Origin: Candidatus Bathyarchaeia archaeon | Lineage (GTDB): Archaea; Thermoproteota; Bathyarchaeia; Bathyarchaeales; Bathycorpusculaceae | DNA: 64,000 nt | Assembly: GCA_049970895.1 (NCBI GenBank) | Contig: JBMFMB010000003.1 | Span: 1-64,000 of the forward strand | Reading direction: 5' to 3' | Shown here: piece after piece, positions 8,592 to 16,558 of the stretch | How positions within the stretch are numbered: position 1 is the stretch's first letter | Layout of the letters: each line of letters opens with the position of its first letter | The notes under the pieces: model-generated | Databases searched by the model: none | What the model was told of the DNA's origin: nothing | Seen by the model: only the letters and a program-made list of their open reading frames with translations | Translations under genes and position numbers: made by a program

Positions 8592-10322
8592 ATGCACGAA
8601 ATTCACCTAACAGAACTAGAAAAACTCCGCGAACACGAAGAAACAGACCCGGAACACCTAAAAGAACTAACCCAACAAATAGCCACAGACAAAATCCTAA
8701 AACACCCGGTAGTTGTCGACCAAAAAACAAATACAATATTGGATGGAGAACACCGCTTCAACGCCCTAAAAACCCTCGGATGCAAAAGAATACCGGCAAT
8801 CTACGTGGATTACAACTCGCCAGAAATTTTGGTCCAAGCATGGAGAAACAATTGCAACCTAACAAAAAGGGATGTGGTGGAGGCAGCCCTATCTGGGAAG
8901 CGTTTCCCTCCAAAAACAACATGCCACATGATAAGAAACAGCGAAACCCTAATGCACATATCATCGATTGAAAGGAGGGTTGATGTTCCGCTTGAAGTTT
9001 TGAAAAGTGAACTCACACTCACACCCCTAAGAAATGTTAAAGCCGCCATGAGTGTTGAATTGGCTGACGTGTTACCAACATACACAAGATTTCTAAAAAA
9101 CGGAATTGTTGACACTCCATTAATAGTGGATAAGCGAGCGGGCATTCTGCTTCATGGCTATGAAGCTTTCCAGGCCCTCGACCTGCTTTCAGCAGAGAAA
9201 GCGCCCGCTTTCAAAGTGGACATGGAAGGTGTGGAGATTAAAACATCAAATCCGCAGCTTGGAAACCTTTCCAAGGAGGACATCGTCAAAGCTGGAACCG
9301 GAGGGCCGAAGCTCCCACCAAAAAGTTTCAGCCTCCTCGCAGAGCCAGTCAAAATAAGTTTTCCGTTGGAAAAGTTGATGGCTGAAAGGAGGCAAAACCG
9401 CAGGGCGCTTAAAGTTTACAATGGCACCTTGGAACTGCTTTATGAGGGTTGGCCAACCCCCCTTGTGAGGCTTAATTCGCTTTCCTCCGCCACTAGAAGC
9501 GTCTGGGCTAAGCTTGAATGCTACAACCCCTTTAGCAACAGCGTAAAGGACAGAATAGGCTGGGCAATGATTAAAGAGGCCATGGAAAATGCAGAGTTAA
9601 AAACGGCTTTGTATGAGGCCACATCCACAAACACTGGAATAGCTTTGGCTTCCATAGCCAATATCTTAGGCCTAAAAACAAGGCTTTACATACCAAAAAC
9701 CATCCAGAGGGCAAGCGACACCTACCTGGAGGTTCTTGGAGCCGAGGTTATGCGGCTTCCAGTGGGCTTAACAGTTGAGGCAATAAGCCAAGTGGAAAAG
9801 CAAGCGAAAGCCGACAAGGCTTCCCACCTAAACCAATTCGAGAACGACGCAAACTTCAAAGTTCACCTAAAATATACAGCAAGAGAAATAGACAAACAAC
9901 TGGAAAGCCTAGGCCTAAAACCCACATGCATAATCGGCGGGCTTGGAACGTCGGGACACATGAGCGCCATATCCCATTACTTCAAAACAAAATATGGAGG
10001 CAGCGTAAAAATTGTGGGCGTCCAACCAGCCCAAAACGAGGTTATACCAGGCATCAGAAGAGTGGAAACAGGCATGAAATGGTTCCACAATGCACAATTC
10101 GACGAAATAGTAGATGTGAAACAGTCAGAAGCCATCCAAGGCGTAATAAAAATCGCGAGGAAAGAAGGCCTATTAATAGGGTTAAGCTCAGGAGCCGTTG
10201 TCCACGCCTTCCAAAAAGTCGCCCAAGAAAAAGGCGTGTACGTGCTCGTCTTCCCAGACAGCGGATACAAATATGCCGAACAGTTCGAGAATTACTTGGC
10301 GAGCATTCCGGCGAAAAATTAG
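8592..10322 (+). CDS. fusion of SerK-like (ParB/Srx fold) kinase domain, degenerate second copy, and PLP-dependent O-phosphoserine sulfhydrylase/cysteine synthase
   Basis: EHEE, LDGEHR, FPPKTTCH; then YNPFSNSVKDR, ATSTNTG, GLGTSGH, IPGIRR, FPDSGYKY. Confidence 0.85.
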   Translation: MHEIHLTELEKLREHEETDPEHLKELTQQIATDKILKHPVVVDQKTNTILDGEHRFNALKTLGCKRIPAIYVDYNSPEILVQAWRNNCNLTKRDVVEAALSGKRFPPKTTCHMIRNSETLMHISSIERRVDVPLEVLKSELTLTPLRNVKAAMSVELADVLPTYTRFLKNGIVDTPLIVDKRAGILLHGYEAFQALDLLSAEKAPAFKVDMEGVEIKTSNPQLGNLSKEDIVKAGTGGPKLPPKSFSLLAEPVKISFPLEKLMAERRQNRRALKVYNGTLELLYEGWPTPLVRLNSLSSATRSVWAKLECYNPFSNSVKDRIGWAMIKEAMENAELKTALYEATSTNTGIALASIANILGLKTRLYIPKTIQRASDTYLEVLGAEVMRLPVGLTVEAISQVEKQAKADKASHLNQFENDANFKVHLKYTAREIDKQLESLGLKPTCIIGGLGTSGHMSAISHYFKTKYGGSVKIVGVQPAQNEVIPGIRRVETGMKWFHNAQFDEIVDVKQSEAIQGVIKIARKEGLLIGLSSGAVVHAFQKVAQEKGVYVLVFPDSGYKYAEQFENYLASIPAKN

Positions 10323-10499
10323 AGAGAAGGGGCTAGGCGGCTATTGGGCTTTTTCGCAAGTCAAAAATTGTTGGAAATTCTAGAGAGGGGTAGTGTTTTT
10401 GTAGCTTTTCGGCAAGCACAAATATGACCTAAGAGGCTTTAATTGGCATAAGTAGATTTTTAAGCACCTCCAGCCCTTTAAAAAAGGTTTAGGATTACA

Positions 10500-10907
10500 A
10501 TGAAGGATTTAGAAACACTTAAAATGAAAGTTAGCAGAATCATGACAAGAAACCTAATCACAGTTTCCATCGGTAGCACGGTGGAAGAAGCCGTAAAAAA
10601 GATGATTGAATGTGATGTGGAATGCCTGCCGGTCGTGGACTCAAAAGGAGTTTTACGCGGTCTACTAACCTTCAGAGACATAATCACAAAAGCCGTCTAT
10701 TCACAAGCTGACGTAAGAAAGCTCAAGGTTGAAGACATAATGACAAAGGACCTTGTAACATGCAAACCCAACGACACAATTCTCGACGTCGTCAAAACAA
10801 TGAAGAATAGGCATCTAAGGCGAATTCCAGTGGTAAATGCCAAAAACAAACTTGTAGGCCTAATAACAGACTTCGACCTAGCACTATTCGGATGGGACTT
10901 CAAATAA
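10500..10907 (+). CDS. CBS domain pair protein
   Basis: KVSRIMT..LPVVD..GLLTFRDI and KVEDIMT..IPVV..GLITDFDL. Confidence 0.92.
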   Translation: MKDLETLKMKVSRIMTRNLITVSIGSTVEEAVKKMIECDVECLPVVDSKGVLRGLLTFRDIITKAVYSQADVRKLKVEDIMTKDLVTCKPNDTILDVVKTMKNRHLRRIPVVNAKNKLVGLITDFDLALFGWDFK

Positions 10908-10916
10908 CCCACGCCA

Positions 10917-11288
10917 TTAACGCAACACACGCTCCCTTTCAATCTTTTCTAAAAGTTTCTTGAGAATCCTCGCCTTCCTCCTAAACTCTCCTTTTGAAAC
11001 CGTATGCTTCATAGGACACAACTCATCTAAAGCCACGCCTTTCCCCTCCACATAAACAACTGGATAAAGGCGACAACCAAGAGGTCTAATCCTATAAACT
11101 CGGCACTTCTTTTCGGCTAGATTGTAAAAGTAGCACCAGCCATCAACATTCCTAAGCCGAGGCACACCGCCACGAAAAACAATGAAATCTTCTGGGCGAT
11201 AACCAGCATCCACAAGCCTTCCAACGTCGTCGCTTGAAAGCTCCATCTCAGTTTCACGGCAGCACTCCCCACAACCAGAACAACGCAT
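10917..11288 (-). CDS. YkgJ family cysteine-cluster protein
   Basis: MRCSGCGECC, CYFY...CRVY..RPLGCRLYP; start at ATG 11288. Confidence 0.88.
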   Translation of the reverse strand: MRCSGCGECCRETEMELSSDDVGRLVDAGYRPEDFIVFRGGVPRLRNVDGWCYFYNLAEKKCRVYRIRPLGCRLYPVVYVEGKGVALDELCPMKHTVSKGEFRRKARILKKLLEKIERERVLR

Positions 11289-11317
11289 AAGAAAACACCT
11301 CAACAGCAATTTTGAAG

Positions 11318-11403
11318 CGCCGGGAGTGGGATTCGAACCCACGCGGCCCCGAAAGGGCCACAGGCTCTCAAGGCCTGCGCGTTATCCACTCCGCCATCCC
11401 GGC
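11318..11403 (-). tRNA. tRNA-Ser(UGA)
   Basis: GCCGGGA/TCCCGGC acceptor, CAGGC-CTTGAGA-GCCTG anticodon arm, long variable arm, GGTTCGAATCC, discriminator G, no encoded CCA. Confidence 0.95.
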
Positions 11404-11511
11404 ATCGCTTGCCATTTCTCCTAAAACCCCTTTAAACCTTAAATCTTTATCCAATTGGAAACGAATCAGCTATATATCGGAAATGCAAGTAAACTATTCC
11501 TGAGCAACAAG

Positions 11512-11589
11512 GGGCCGGTAGTCTAGCTCGGTTAGGACATCCGCTTGACGTGCGGAAGGTCACCGGTTCAAATCCGGTCCGGCCCACCA
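11512..11589 (+). tRNA. tRNA-Val(GAC)
   Basis: GGGCCGG/CCGGCCC acceptor, TCCGC-TTGACGT-GCGGA, GGTTCAAATCC, encoded CCA. Confidence 0.96.
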
Positions 11590-11665
11590 TGTGTTTTGTG
11601 TTGTACGTTTGTGCAAAAAGGTTTATTAAATATCAATATTCAGCATACTCATTGAGGCTGTTAAA

Positions 11666-12046
11666 ATGTCCGAAAACCTCACATCAGCAAGATACAGCAG
11701 CGGTGGATACTTGCTTTCTAGGCGCGATGGTTTGATATGCGATGGTTGTGGCGAAAACTTTGAGAAACCCATATTGGCAACCATTGTTTCTGGCGGTTAT
11801 TCCAGAACCTATTATGCCTGTCCACGTTGCCTAACAAAGGTTAGAGACGTTAAAACAACAAAACACGAGAAAGGCATGGAAGAGGAAAAAGTTCCTACAG
11901 TTGTTGTGCGCAAAAGCGGGAAAAGCACTTCAGGAGATGTGAAGTGTGAACATTTCTTTGGCTATTTGAAAAAGCGTCCAAAGAACACGCCAATACCAGA
12001 CGAGTGTTTAACATGCAACAGAATGATTGAATGCCTAACCCATTAA
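11666..12046 (+). CDS. double Zn-finger hypothetical protein
   Basis: CDGC..CPRC and C-terminal CEHFFGYLKKRP..PDECLTCNRMIECL; true start uncertain. Confidence 0.75.
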   Translation: MSENLTSARYSSGGYLLSRRDGLICDGCGENFEKPILATIVSGGYSRTYYACPRCLTKVRDVKTTKHEKGMEEEKVPTVVVRKSGKSTSGDVKCEHFFGYLKKRPKNTPIPDECLTCNRMIECLTH

Positions 12047-12130
12047 CGCCAATCAATGCGCAGTCCGGCAATTTCAGCGGTAAACCCTAAAGCACTGCGC
12101 AAAACATAGTGGTTTTGACGAGGACGAAGC

Positions 12131-12826
12131 TTGATTCCATTAAAGGATTTAAACCGACCCTTCAGAACACCCCACGTTAACCGCATGCTACTAATCGTGA
12201 ACATAGTCATATTCATGGTTTATTGGCTATCTGCCATGAAAATTTACTTTCCGCCCACGGTTGCCGACAGAATTAGATCTGACTTCACCATGTATCCAAA
12301 CGAAGTTGTTCAGGGGCAGCGGCTTTACACTTTAGTGACTTCCATGTTTATGCATGCTGATTGGCTACATCTTTTGGGAAACATGCTCTTCCTATACATT
12401 TCTGGAAACAATGTTGAAGACGTTTTTGGGCATATAGGCTATTTGGTATTCTACATATTTTGTGGTTTAGCAGCAGCGTTAACCCATATACTAAGCTTAT
12501 ACTTTATTCCAACCTATCAAAGCCAAGAGCTTTTTACTATTGGAGTTGTCGGCGCATCCGGTGCAATTTCAGGAGTTTTAGGAGCTTACTTGGTGCTTTT
12601 TCCAAAGGCTAGAATCTTAACATGGGTTGTCTATTTTATACTTCCAATTCCAGCAGTCATTTTTCTAGGCTTCTGGTTTCTTCTGCAATGGTTTTATGGC
12701 TTATTTGAAATAGGCGGCAACATTGCCTACTGGGCGCACATAGGCGGCTTTATCGCTGGGATGCTTTTGGCACTGGTTTTTGGGCTAAAACGGAAAAAGG
12801 CTGGAATGGCCAGTTTACGCCTTTAA
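12131..12826 (+). CDS. rhomboid intramembrane serine protease
   Basis: SMFMHADWLHLLGNM, GASGAISG, AYWAHIGG. Confidence 0.95.
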   Translation: MIPLKDLNRPFRTPHVNRMLLIVNIVIFMVYWLSAMKIYFPPTVADRIRSDFTMYPNEVVQGQRLYTLVTSMFMHADWLHLLGNMLFLYISGNNVEDVFGHIGYLVFYIFCGLAAALTHILSLYFIPTYQSQELFTIGVVGASGAISGVLGAYLVLFPKARILTWVVYFILPIPAVIFLGFWFLLQWFYGLFEIGGNIAYWAHIGGFIAGMLLALVFGLKRKKAGMASLRL

Positions 12827-12830
12827 ATTT

Positions 12831-12894
12831 GGGGTCTGGCCGTCATGAGCTCCTCATATTGCATCTATCAGACTGGGACGGCGTCATCATCCCC
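12831..12894 (-). ncRNA. box C/D methylation guide sRNA
   Basis: GGGG-ATGATGA(C)-CGCCGTCCCAGT-CTGA(D')-10 nt-ATGAGGA(C')-GCTCATGACGGC-CAGA(D variant)-CCCC; upstream AAAAGTTTATC BRE/TATA. Confidence 0.85.
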
Positions 12895-12983
12895 CAGTCT
12901 GATTTATACATTCCCTGAGATAAACTTTTAAACACTGTCATGGACAAATCTTATTTAGAAATTTAATGATGGACGCTTGAATA

Positions 12984-13304
12984 ATGACTGTTTGTCCAAA
13001 ATGTGGTAAAAGGGTAAATTCAAACACCGTTTTCTGTCCTTGGTGTGGAGCAAATTTAGAGAGTAACGTAGAATTCCTTAAAAATAGAATTAATGAGATT
13101 AGGTATAGAAAGATAGTGTGCATTGCATGTTTTCTATTGTGCATAATTCATTTGGTGTTAGATACGCTGAGTCCACCAACCACTTTCTGGGGATTTCTTG
13201 CTGCTGCTTGTGCAATTATTCTAATGATACTTTTCATTATACAATTTCGCCTTTACTCCGACGAAGAGAATAGTCTCAGATACAAGATAAGTACACTAAT
13301 ATGA
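12984..13304 (+). CDS. zinc-ribbon two-TM protein
   Basis: CPKCG..FCPWCG, two TM segments, AT-rich coding. Confidence 0.7.
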   Translation: MTVCPKCGKRVNSNTVFCPWCGANLESNVEFLKNRINEIRYRKIVCIACFLLCIIHLVLDTLSPPTTFWGFLAAACAIILMILFIIQFRLYSDEENSLRYKISTLI

Positions 13305-13330
13305 CTTCAAAATTAAATGAGCATTTCAAA

Positions 13331-13675
13331 CTATTGAGCTGATTGCCGCTTAATATCTGTTCCGATTTTCTTGTAGAGTGTTTTTAAAGTGCCAGAAACC
13401 GTTAAAACATGAATGACTACTGGTTTTGCCATGATATCTGTTATTGTGGCTATGGCTACTCTGACCTTTTCGAGTTCAGTGTGGGCTACACGGATTATGG
13501 CAAGTCCCCCTTCTTCATCATAATCAACTAGTGCCAAACCTGTCTTGCTTGCGCCATATTCGCCATACAACCTTAAAATGGCACTCCACAAAGCGTCGAG
13601 AAACTCCTTTGCCTCAAACTTTTCAGCAGACTCCAATTTTAGGGCTAGGTAGCGGCGCCTCACTTTTAATGGCAA
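13331..13675 (-). CDS. rnp2: RNase P protein Pop5/Rpp14
   Basis: RRRYL, LYGEYG, VSGTLK; RNase P operon context. Confidence 0.9.
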   Translation of the reverse strand: MPLKVRRRYLALKLESAEKFEAKEFLDALWSAILRLYGEYGASKTGLALVDYDEEGGLAIIRVAHTELEKVRVAIATITDIMAKPVVIHVLTVSGTLKTLYKKIGTDIKRQSAQ

Positions 13676-14409
13676 TCTTCCCCCATCCTGATTAAGCGTA
13701 TTCCAGGAGCAACAAAGCGTGGGCTGAGCTTTTCGCGGTTTCTCCTAACAATCGCCAAAGGATACTTTGAAACAGCATCTAAAGCTGACGGCTTGTCCAA
13801 GTCGAAAAGGGTTGTCAGTGCCGCCATTTCAAGAGGTTTTCTCATGAGAAGCTCGCTTGTTGCACCACTTGAAATCACGATTGGCACCTGAAAGCTTTTG
13901 GCTGTGGCGACTTCTTTCCGCAATGCTGAAAAAAGCCTTATTCTAGCTGGTCCTTTTAGGGTTAGCAAAGGCTTTATCTCAATTTCCAGTGAGGCTTGGC
14001 TGTTTGAGGCTAGCTCCGCCTCCGCCTTATCAAAAAATCTTCGGTGGAGGTCTGTGAAGGGAAAGTTTAGGAGGTCCACCCTATGATCTTTTGCCGCCTG
14101 CCTCGCAACGGCCTTAGACTCGCATACTACGGCTATTAATTCAAATTTTCTACGGAACCTTCTCAAAAGTTGGAGCAACTCCCTTGGTGTTTTAGGCTTT
14201 AAATTTAGACGCGAAGCGAAGTCTACAGCTTTTTCTTGGCATATACCCCTTAACTGTTGGACATATTTTTCGGCAAGGCTTGACGAAGGCAGCACTGGTA
14301 TGGCTATCAGGCGGTAGCCAAGTTCTGAAGCCTTAAATATCATTCGCCTAGCGTGTTCTATGTCGCCTAGGTTTGGCTGTAGGTTTAGGTCTGCGAAAAC
14401 TCTCCTCAT
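13666..14409 (-). CDS. rnp3: RNase P protein Rpp30
   Basis: ARQAAKDHRVDLL, PIVISSGA, MRKP, FVAPGI. Confidence 0.9.
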   Translation of the reverse strand: MRRVFADLNLQPNLGDIEHARRMIFKASELGYRLIAIPVLPSSSLAEKYVQQLRGICQEKAVDFASRLNLKPKTPRELLQLLRRFRRKFELIAVVCESKAVARQAAKDHRVDLLNFPFTDLHRRFFDKAEAELASNSQASLEIEIKPLLTLKGPARIRLFSALRKEVATAKSFQVPIVISSGATSELLMRKPLEMAALTTLFDLDKPSALDAVSKYPLAIVRRNREKLSPRFVAPGIRLIRMGEDCH

Positions 14410-14852
14410 AGAATTATCCCAATACTTCTGCAGACTTCAACAATCTCTTTCATGTTGGTTTTCTTGAAGTGAATTTTAAAGTGGATTGAGTCTGTTGTGC
14501 AAAGCCTAAACTCGTTTAGGTAGGCTGCTTGCTTGTCAAGCCTTATGTAAAGGCAGCCTCTTTCAATGTGCTGTTCAATTTCGCCTCCCAATATTTCCTT
14601 GTCTAAAATGCTTAAGCTAGACGCAAGCTTTTCAAGAAAAGCCCTAACATGCTCTTTTTCCTTAATTTTGGCTTCGAAAAGGGTTATTGGGTTTCCGTGA
14701 TGCCCGCTTAGGTTAGACTTTTTAAAAACAATGTTTTCGGAAACTTGTGGCGGAAGTGTGTTGCGCACCGCCAACAAGACTTTTTCTTCGTCTTCTGTAG
14801 CGTGGGCAAACACCCTAACATCAATGTGAGATACGGGAACTTTAGAGGACAA
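14406..14852 (-). CDS. RNA-binding protein (DUF54/UPF0201-like, exosome superoperon)
   Basis: HATEDEEKV, GHHGNPI, LYIRLDKQAAY. Confidence 0.88.
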   Translation of the reverse strand: MSSKVPVSHIDVRVFAHATEDEEKVLLAVRNTLPPQVSENIVFKKSNLSGHHGNPITLFEAKIKEKEHVRAFLEKLASSLSILDKEILGGEIEQHIERGCLYIRLDKQAAYLNEFRLCTTDSIHFKIHFKKTNMKEIVEVCRSIGIIL

Positions 14853-14865
14853 AACGGCATCACTG

Positions 14866-15171
14866 CTACTTGCTACTCTTCTTCACGCTTTTAGCTTTTC
14901 CCTTCTTCTCAGCAGTTGCTGGCTTTGAAACCTTCTCAGCCTTAGCTTTAGCCCTAGGCTTAATTTTAGGCTTTAAAGAAGTTGCCAGAAACTCTTTAAG
15001 GGATTTTACATTATCCTCGTGGACTGTTCTCCTTCGCGGGTCAATTGGGATGCCAAGCTTCAAGGCTTGTTTTAAGCTTAATTTAACCTCTTTCAACTCT
15101 CCGGGACTGAAGCCCCTGCCTAATCGTTGTTTTCCACCTTTCTTAAAAACTAGTGGCTTCACCACAGCCAT
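14866..15171 (-). CDS. rpl13e: 50S ribosomal protein L13e
   Basis: RLGRGFSPGELKE, LGIPIDPRRR..HEDNV; Lys-rich tail. Confidence 0.92.
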   Translation of the reverse strand: MAVVKPLVFKKGGKQRLGRGFSPGELKEVKLSLKQALKLGIPIDPRRRTVHEDNVKSLKEFLATSLKPKIKPRAKAKAEKVSKPATAEKKGKAKSVKKSSK

Positions 15172-15177
15172 TTTAGG

Positions 15178-15753
15178 CTAGTCTCCTGTTGCTGCTTTTC
15201 GGCTTGGTCTGGCTTTTTCTGCCCCGCATCCCTTCTTTCTTAAGCCTCTAACCTTTTTGCCAGCGCTTGTTAAGCCTCTGAAGACTCTTCCCTTGTGCTG
15301 TTTTTGGCATATCCAGTTTATGTCCTTGTCAGCCTTAACAGCTGGGTGGTGCGGATCAACCATTATAACTTCAAACCATTTGAAGCGTCCGTCTTCGCCA
15401 ACCCAGTATGAGTTTAAAACTTCTAAGTTTGGAAACTTTCTTGCAGCCCGCTCTTCGGCTATGAGCCTAAGGCTTTTCGCAGGCTTATACTTTCGAACAC
15501 CCATCCTTTTCGGTCTTCTTCCAGCCTTTGGACGCTGCTTTCGCAGTCCACCGCGCCTAACGCGGACACGGACAATTATAAAGCCCTGCTTTGCCTTGTA
15601 ACCAAGCTTTCTTGCTCTGTCTAGGCGTGTTGGCTTTTCCACGCGAACTATTGCTGGCTCCTTCCGCCACTCTATTAGCCTCTGGCGCATTAGCTCTTCA
15701 ACGTAGGATTCTTCAGGCTTTTTCCAAGCCTCTGCAATATATTTATACGCCAA
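15178..15753 (-). CDS. rpl15e: 50S ribosomal protein L15e
   Basis: [39 protein letters not shown]. Confidence 0.98.
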   Translation of the reverse strand: MAYKYIAEAWKKPEESYVEELMRQRLIEWRKEPAIVRVEKPTRLDRARKLGYKAKQGFIIVRVRVRRGGLRKQRPKAGRRPKRMGVRKYKPAKSLRLIAEERAARKFPNLEVLNSYWVGEDGRFKWFEVIMVDPHHPAVKADKDINWICQKQHKGRVFRGLTSAGKKVRGLRKKGCGAEKARPSRKAATGD

Positions 15754-15830
15754 TCTTTTTCACCTCGCCAATAGTTTTTGGTTCAACCAAATGGTTACAT
15801 CCCAGCGGATTCTTAACCGCCACTGGCTCT
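15754..15830 (-). promoter_or_regulatory. structured 5' leader of rpl15e, candidate r-protein leader
   Basis: CCAG(TG)GCGG..CCGCTGG hairpin, GGGATGT linker, AACCA/TGGTT element, GAGGTGA RBS; TATA near 15851-15860. Confidence 0.45.
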
Positions 15831-15874
15831 CAATGATTCCCCAACCGACAAAATAAACTTTTCCAACAAGGCTG

Positions 15875-16558
15875 TCAAGTTTTAGCCTCAAGCACAGCCC
15901 TTTTAACAAGCAGATAGCCGCTTTGCCCTTTCCAAACCCTTTCAGCCTCAACAATCTTTAATTTCTTCCTAAAAAATGGGGCGTCAAGCACCAGCGTTTC
16001 GTATTCTCCTCCCTCGCCGACAAGGGAAACGCCGAAACGCTTGTTAAGCTCAATTAACGCCTCAACGGTTTCCATGTCAATTTTTCTTCCAAGCCACTCT
16101 TTCGAAAAGCCATAGGCATAAACGCCAGTTACTATAACATCAAATTTTAGGTCCAGAATCTCTCTTAAAATGTTCATGGGGTTTTCGTGCCAAAGTGGTG
16201 TTAGACACTTAAGCCTCAACTGTTTACATATGGCTTCTATCCTCGCTCTCTGATAGTTTGAGGCTATAGCCCCACAAACAATTCCATCCACGTCAAGCCC
16301 AGCCACCAATCGCTTCAAATCCTCAACTTCAACCTCTTTCGCTCCTGAAGTTTCGCCCTTAACAAGTGGGATTCCAACGGCTTCCGAGAACAAGTCCATT
16401 AGGTGGATGTTTGGGTAGTGGAACATCCAGCTGTCATCCCTAAGCGGAGCCATGCTCACCAAACATTTCACATCATAACCCAAGCGTAAAACTCGGTGAA
16501 GGGCGAGGGTGGAATCCTTCCCGCCGGTGGCTAAAACTGCAACCCGCATGTGCTGCAT
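15875..16558 (-). CDS. dph6: diphthine--ammonia ligase (TIGR00289/290 family)
   Basis: TGGKDS, SWMFH, GAIASNYQ, GEGGEYETLVLDAPFF. Confidence 0.9.
   Translation of the reverse strand: MQHMRVAVLATGGKDSTLALHRVLRLGYDVKCLVSMAPLRDDSWMFHYPNIHLMDLFSEAVGIPLVKGETSGAKEVEVEDLKRLVAGLDVDGIVCGAIASNYQRARIEAICKQLRLKCLTPLWHENPMNILREILDLKFDVIVTGVYAYGFSKEWLGRKIDMETVEALIELNKRFGVSLVGEGGEYETLVLDAPFFRKKLKIVEAERVWKGQSGYLLVKRAVLEAKT

Noticed and set aside
8592-9000. ParB chromosome-partition protein
   Set aside because: No HTH or parA neighbour; the motifs and fusion partner fit a SerK-like kinase.
11318-11403. tRNA-Sec or suppressor tRNA
   Set aside because: Anticodon is UGA (reads UCA, Ser), not UCA, and the acceptor stem is a normal 7 bp.
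11318-11589. tRNA-anchored integrated element
   Set aside because: No integrase and no duplicated tRNA 3' end seen in the window.
12831-12900. Fluoride riboswitch-like pattern (GGGGATG..GCTCATGAC)
   Set aside because: Spacing does not fit, there is no downstream gene on that strand, and C/D geometry with rRNA complementarity explains it.
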